Of a stretch of 64,000 nt of DNA, positions 61,015 through 64,000 are shown piece after piece. The notes beneath the pieces were generated by a model. The model searched no databases. It was not told where the DNA came from and saw only the letters and a program-made list of their open reading frames with translations. The stretch is from the human T2T-CHM13v2.0 reference genome, Homo sapiens: NCBI RefSeq assembly GCF_009914755.1, contig NC_060940.1; one strand, 5' to 3'. The translations under genes and the position numbers were made by a program. Position 1 is the first letter of the stretch; the number at the start of each line of letters is the position of its first letter.

Positions 61015-62732
61015 ATGCTGCTGCTGCTCACGCTTGCCCTCCTGGGGGGCCCCACCTGGGCAGGGAGTAAGTCAGTGGGGTCTGCCCTCAATCTCCCCTG
61101 CCTCCCTCCAGGAGAGCCAGGGACTCACCCGGCCCTTGTCCCAGACTAACTCTGGTCACAGAACCATCCTGTCTGCCTGGAGGGGTGGGGTCCCCTGTTC
61201 TGGCAGAGGTCACCCCCATATCACCGCATGGGGATTTTCTTCCCTTTGGGTCTCTCTTTTCTTCAGAGATGTATGGCCCTGGAGGAGGCAAGTATTTCAG
61301 CACCACTGAAGACTACGACCATGAAATCACAGGGCTGCGGGTGTCTGTAGGTCTTCTCCTGGTGAAAAGGTGAGTAGGGCTATGGTCATGGGCCCAGCGC
61401 CATGTCCCCTCCCATCCCACAGTTTCAGGAACTCAGGGCAGGGGGTAAGCACCCGTGGCCACTTTTGCCACACATGCCTGGCTACTGTCGATGCTTCCTG
61501 GCTCCCGCTGATGCTTCCTGGCTGGAGCGGAGACGGTCAGACCGTCCTCCCTACCTTCTCCCTTCAACCCAAGCTCAACTCAACCAAAAATGGCCCCTCT
61601 GTCCCCATGCCTGATAGGAAAGTCAGGGGAAAGTCTGTCCGATTACTGTCAAAGAAGACAGGAGGTAAGGGTCAGAGTGGACCACTGACTGAATATGAGT
61701 CGCAGAAGTGTTAGAGGCAGAAGTCCAGGGCCATTTCCTTAATATCGAAGTGTCTCTGCTGGAGGTCTGGGATGGATTTTTGCCCTGCATTTAGAAGTTC
61801 TGGGGTCCTGGGAGAGGGGAGAGAAGCCCAATAGCAGAGGAGACAGAGTGTGGGCGGGGCGAGCCGGAGGGGTGCATCCTGGGAGAGCACCAGGGTGAGG
61901 GAGGGGTGAAGATGAGCCCCGTCAGGGAAGCGCTGGCGAGTGTGGGAAGTCACCTGCCCCTCGGCCTGTGAGCTGCTCTGCTTGGAGTGACTAAGGCTCG
62001 GGAGGTCCAGGCTCGGCCAGAGGCAGCTCATATGTGGGCCACAGTGACGGCAGCTGGTGCCTTCTGGGTCACGGAGACCTGGCGCTGCACGCAGCTCTCC
62101 TCACCAGGATCTCAGTGACTCCTCCCAAAAGTCACACCCACTTTGCAGACGGGGAAACTGAGTCCGGAGAGGCTGGGTAACGAGCTCAAGATCACAGGGC
62201 CCAAAAGTGGTAGAATCAGGGTTGGTGACCAGTGAGTCTGTGTCAGGGACCCAAAGTCTGATGGTGCTGGACTCTCTGCATCCCGGGAAGGAGGATGGGG
62301 GCGCTGAGGACCCGGGATGTGCTGGGCCATCCCAGATCTGGACGTCCAAAGCTTTGCCTCTCTCCCAGTGTCCAGGTGAAACTTGGAGACTCCTGGGACG
62401 TGAAACTGGGAGCCTTAGGTGGGAATACCCAGGAAGTCACCCTGCAGCCAGGCGAATACATCACAAAAGTCTTTGTCGCCTTCCAAGCTTTCCTCCGGGG
62501 TATGGTCATGTACACCAGCAAGGACCGCTATTTCTATTTTGGGAAGCTTGATGGCCAGATCTCCTCTGCCTACCCCAGCCAAGAGGGGCAGGTGCTGGTG
62601 GGCATCTATGGCCAGTATCAACTCCTTGGCATCAAGAGCATTGGCTTTGAATGGAATTATCCACTAGAGGAGCCGACCACTGAGCCACCAGTTAATCTCA
62701 CATACTCAGCAAACTCACCCGTGGGTCGCTAG
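61015..62732 (+). CDS. ZG16B: Zymogen granule protein 16B (PAUF), secreted jacalin-like lectin, 172 aa
   Basis: Exons 61015-61066, 61267-61369 and 62369-62732 total 519 nt. Signal [32 protein letters not shown]...IKSIGFEW; AATAAA 62828-62837. Confidence 0.96.
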
Positions 62733-63751
62733 GGTGGGGTATGGGGCCATCCGAGCTGAGGCCATCTGGGTGGTGGTGGCTGATGGTACTGGAGTAACTG
62801 AGTCGGGACGCTGAATCTGAATCCACCAATAAATAAAGGTTCTGCAGAATCAGTGCATCCAGGATTGGTCCTTGGATCTGGGGTACAACCAAAGCCTTCC
62901 CTGCTCCTTGGAGACAAAGTCCCCAGTGCTGCAGCCCAGTGAACTGAGATGAGGGGTAGGGCAAAGGTGACTCTGCCGAGGACAGAAAGAGAGCAGCACC
63001 ACCCCCTCAGAGGTGCTGTGGATCTCTGTGCCAGTCCCACAATCTTTGAAGAGTCAGGCTTCAAGGCCGCCACTCCCCACTGTCCCTCACCCCAGGCCCA
63101 CCCAGCGGGCCTCTGCTGGCCACTCAGTCCCGGGATTCTCTGAGTGCTCAAGGGGCCTCAGGGAAGCCACTCACTCATCCATTCACTCAGCAAACATTTG
63201 CCAAGGCCGTGTCCTCACCAGGCTCGCCTGGCACTGGGGGTATAAAGAAGAGGCCAGGTTTCAGCTGAGTGCGTATACACTGTGGTGGGGGCTGGTGCAG
63301 AGGCAGATAGTGGCAGTTCACTTTGCCATCTGCATGGATGGGGACACATGCAGGTCATTGTGCGTAGGCACCTGCCCAGAGGTGAGGTGAGAGGGATGTG
63401 CTTCAGGGAAGTCTTCCTAGAGGAGGCAATGTCTGAGCTAAGTCTTAAAGGATGAAGGACAATTGGCCAAGTGGAGACAAAGGGAGGAGGGGATTACAGG
63501 TTGAGGGCTCAACATGAGCAAAGACAGGAGATGCAGATGGCTGGGGTAATTTGTCACAGTAGCAACAGGAAATCAGTACAAGCCCTGGACCTGGCCCATT
63601 CTTCATGTCCCCTTCCCAAGCCTCCAAGCCCACATGGGCACTTGCCAAGATCAGAGCTCCAGGGGCCTCCAGGGACGGGGTTTTCAGTCCTTTGGGACCA
63701 TGATCCACAGAGAGAAATTGATCCTACTTGAGACACAGGAAGCAACACATG

Positions 63752-64000
63752 TAATGCAACAGCCAAGCACCCAACGATCATCTAATGCAACAGCCAAACA
63801 CCCAGCGATCATCTAATGCAACAGCCAAACACCCAGCGATCATCTAATGCAACAGCCAAACACCCAGCGATCATCTAATGCAACAGCCAAACACCCAGTG
63901 ATCATCTAATGCAACAGCCAAACACCCAGTGATCATCTAATGCAACAGCCAAACAGACAAGTGATCATCTAATGCAACAGCCAAACAGACAAGTGATCAT
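63752..64000. repeat. 31-bp tandem repeat (TCTAATGCAACAGCCAAACACCCAGCGATCA), runs off window
   Basis: Unit starts 63781, 63812, 63843...; contiguous with no spacers. Confidence 0.95.

Noticed and set aside
63752-64000. 31-bp repeats resembling a CRISPR array (also the 25- and 26-bp arrays)
   Set aside because: Units are contiguous with no unique spacers and no cas genes; ordinary minisatellites in human DNA

Overview
Human/hominid genomic DNA. The gene content and order match chr16p13.3: last three coding exons of SRRM2 (+), ELOB/TCEB2 (-, tail-to-tail with SRRM2), tryptase-cluster serine proteases PRSS33 (-), PRSS41 (+) and PRSS21/testisin (+), an EIF1 processed pseudogene and ZG16B (+). 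All exon chains were rebuilt by hand from GT-AG sites and give intact ORFs (ELOB 118/161 aa, PRSS33 280, PRSS41 305, PRSS21 314, ZG16B 172). Intergenic and intronic space holds nested Alu, L1, ERV1/MaLR LTRs, a full-length SVA and several VNTRs. Highlights: (1) an apparently unannotated, decayed multi-exon S1A protease gene between ELOB and PRSS33; (2) a retroposed chimera of SNORA3 + retained RPL27A intron + last RPL27A exon + poly(A); (3) a ~2 kb inverted duplication bracketing PRSS21; (4) patchy PRSS41/PRSS21 identity suggesting gene conversion; (5) PRSS41 lesions: non-canonical activation site and a premature stop in the GPI tail. Repeat family names and repeat boundaries are from visual recognition and are approximate. 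No prokaryotic features or CRISPR array.
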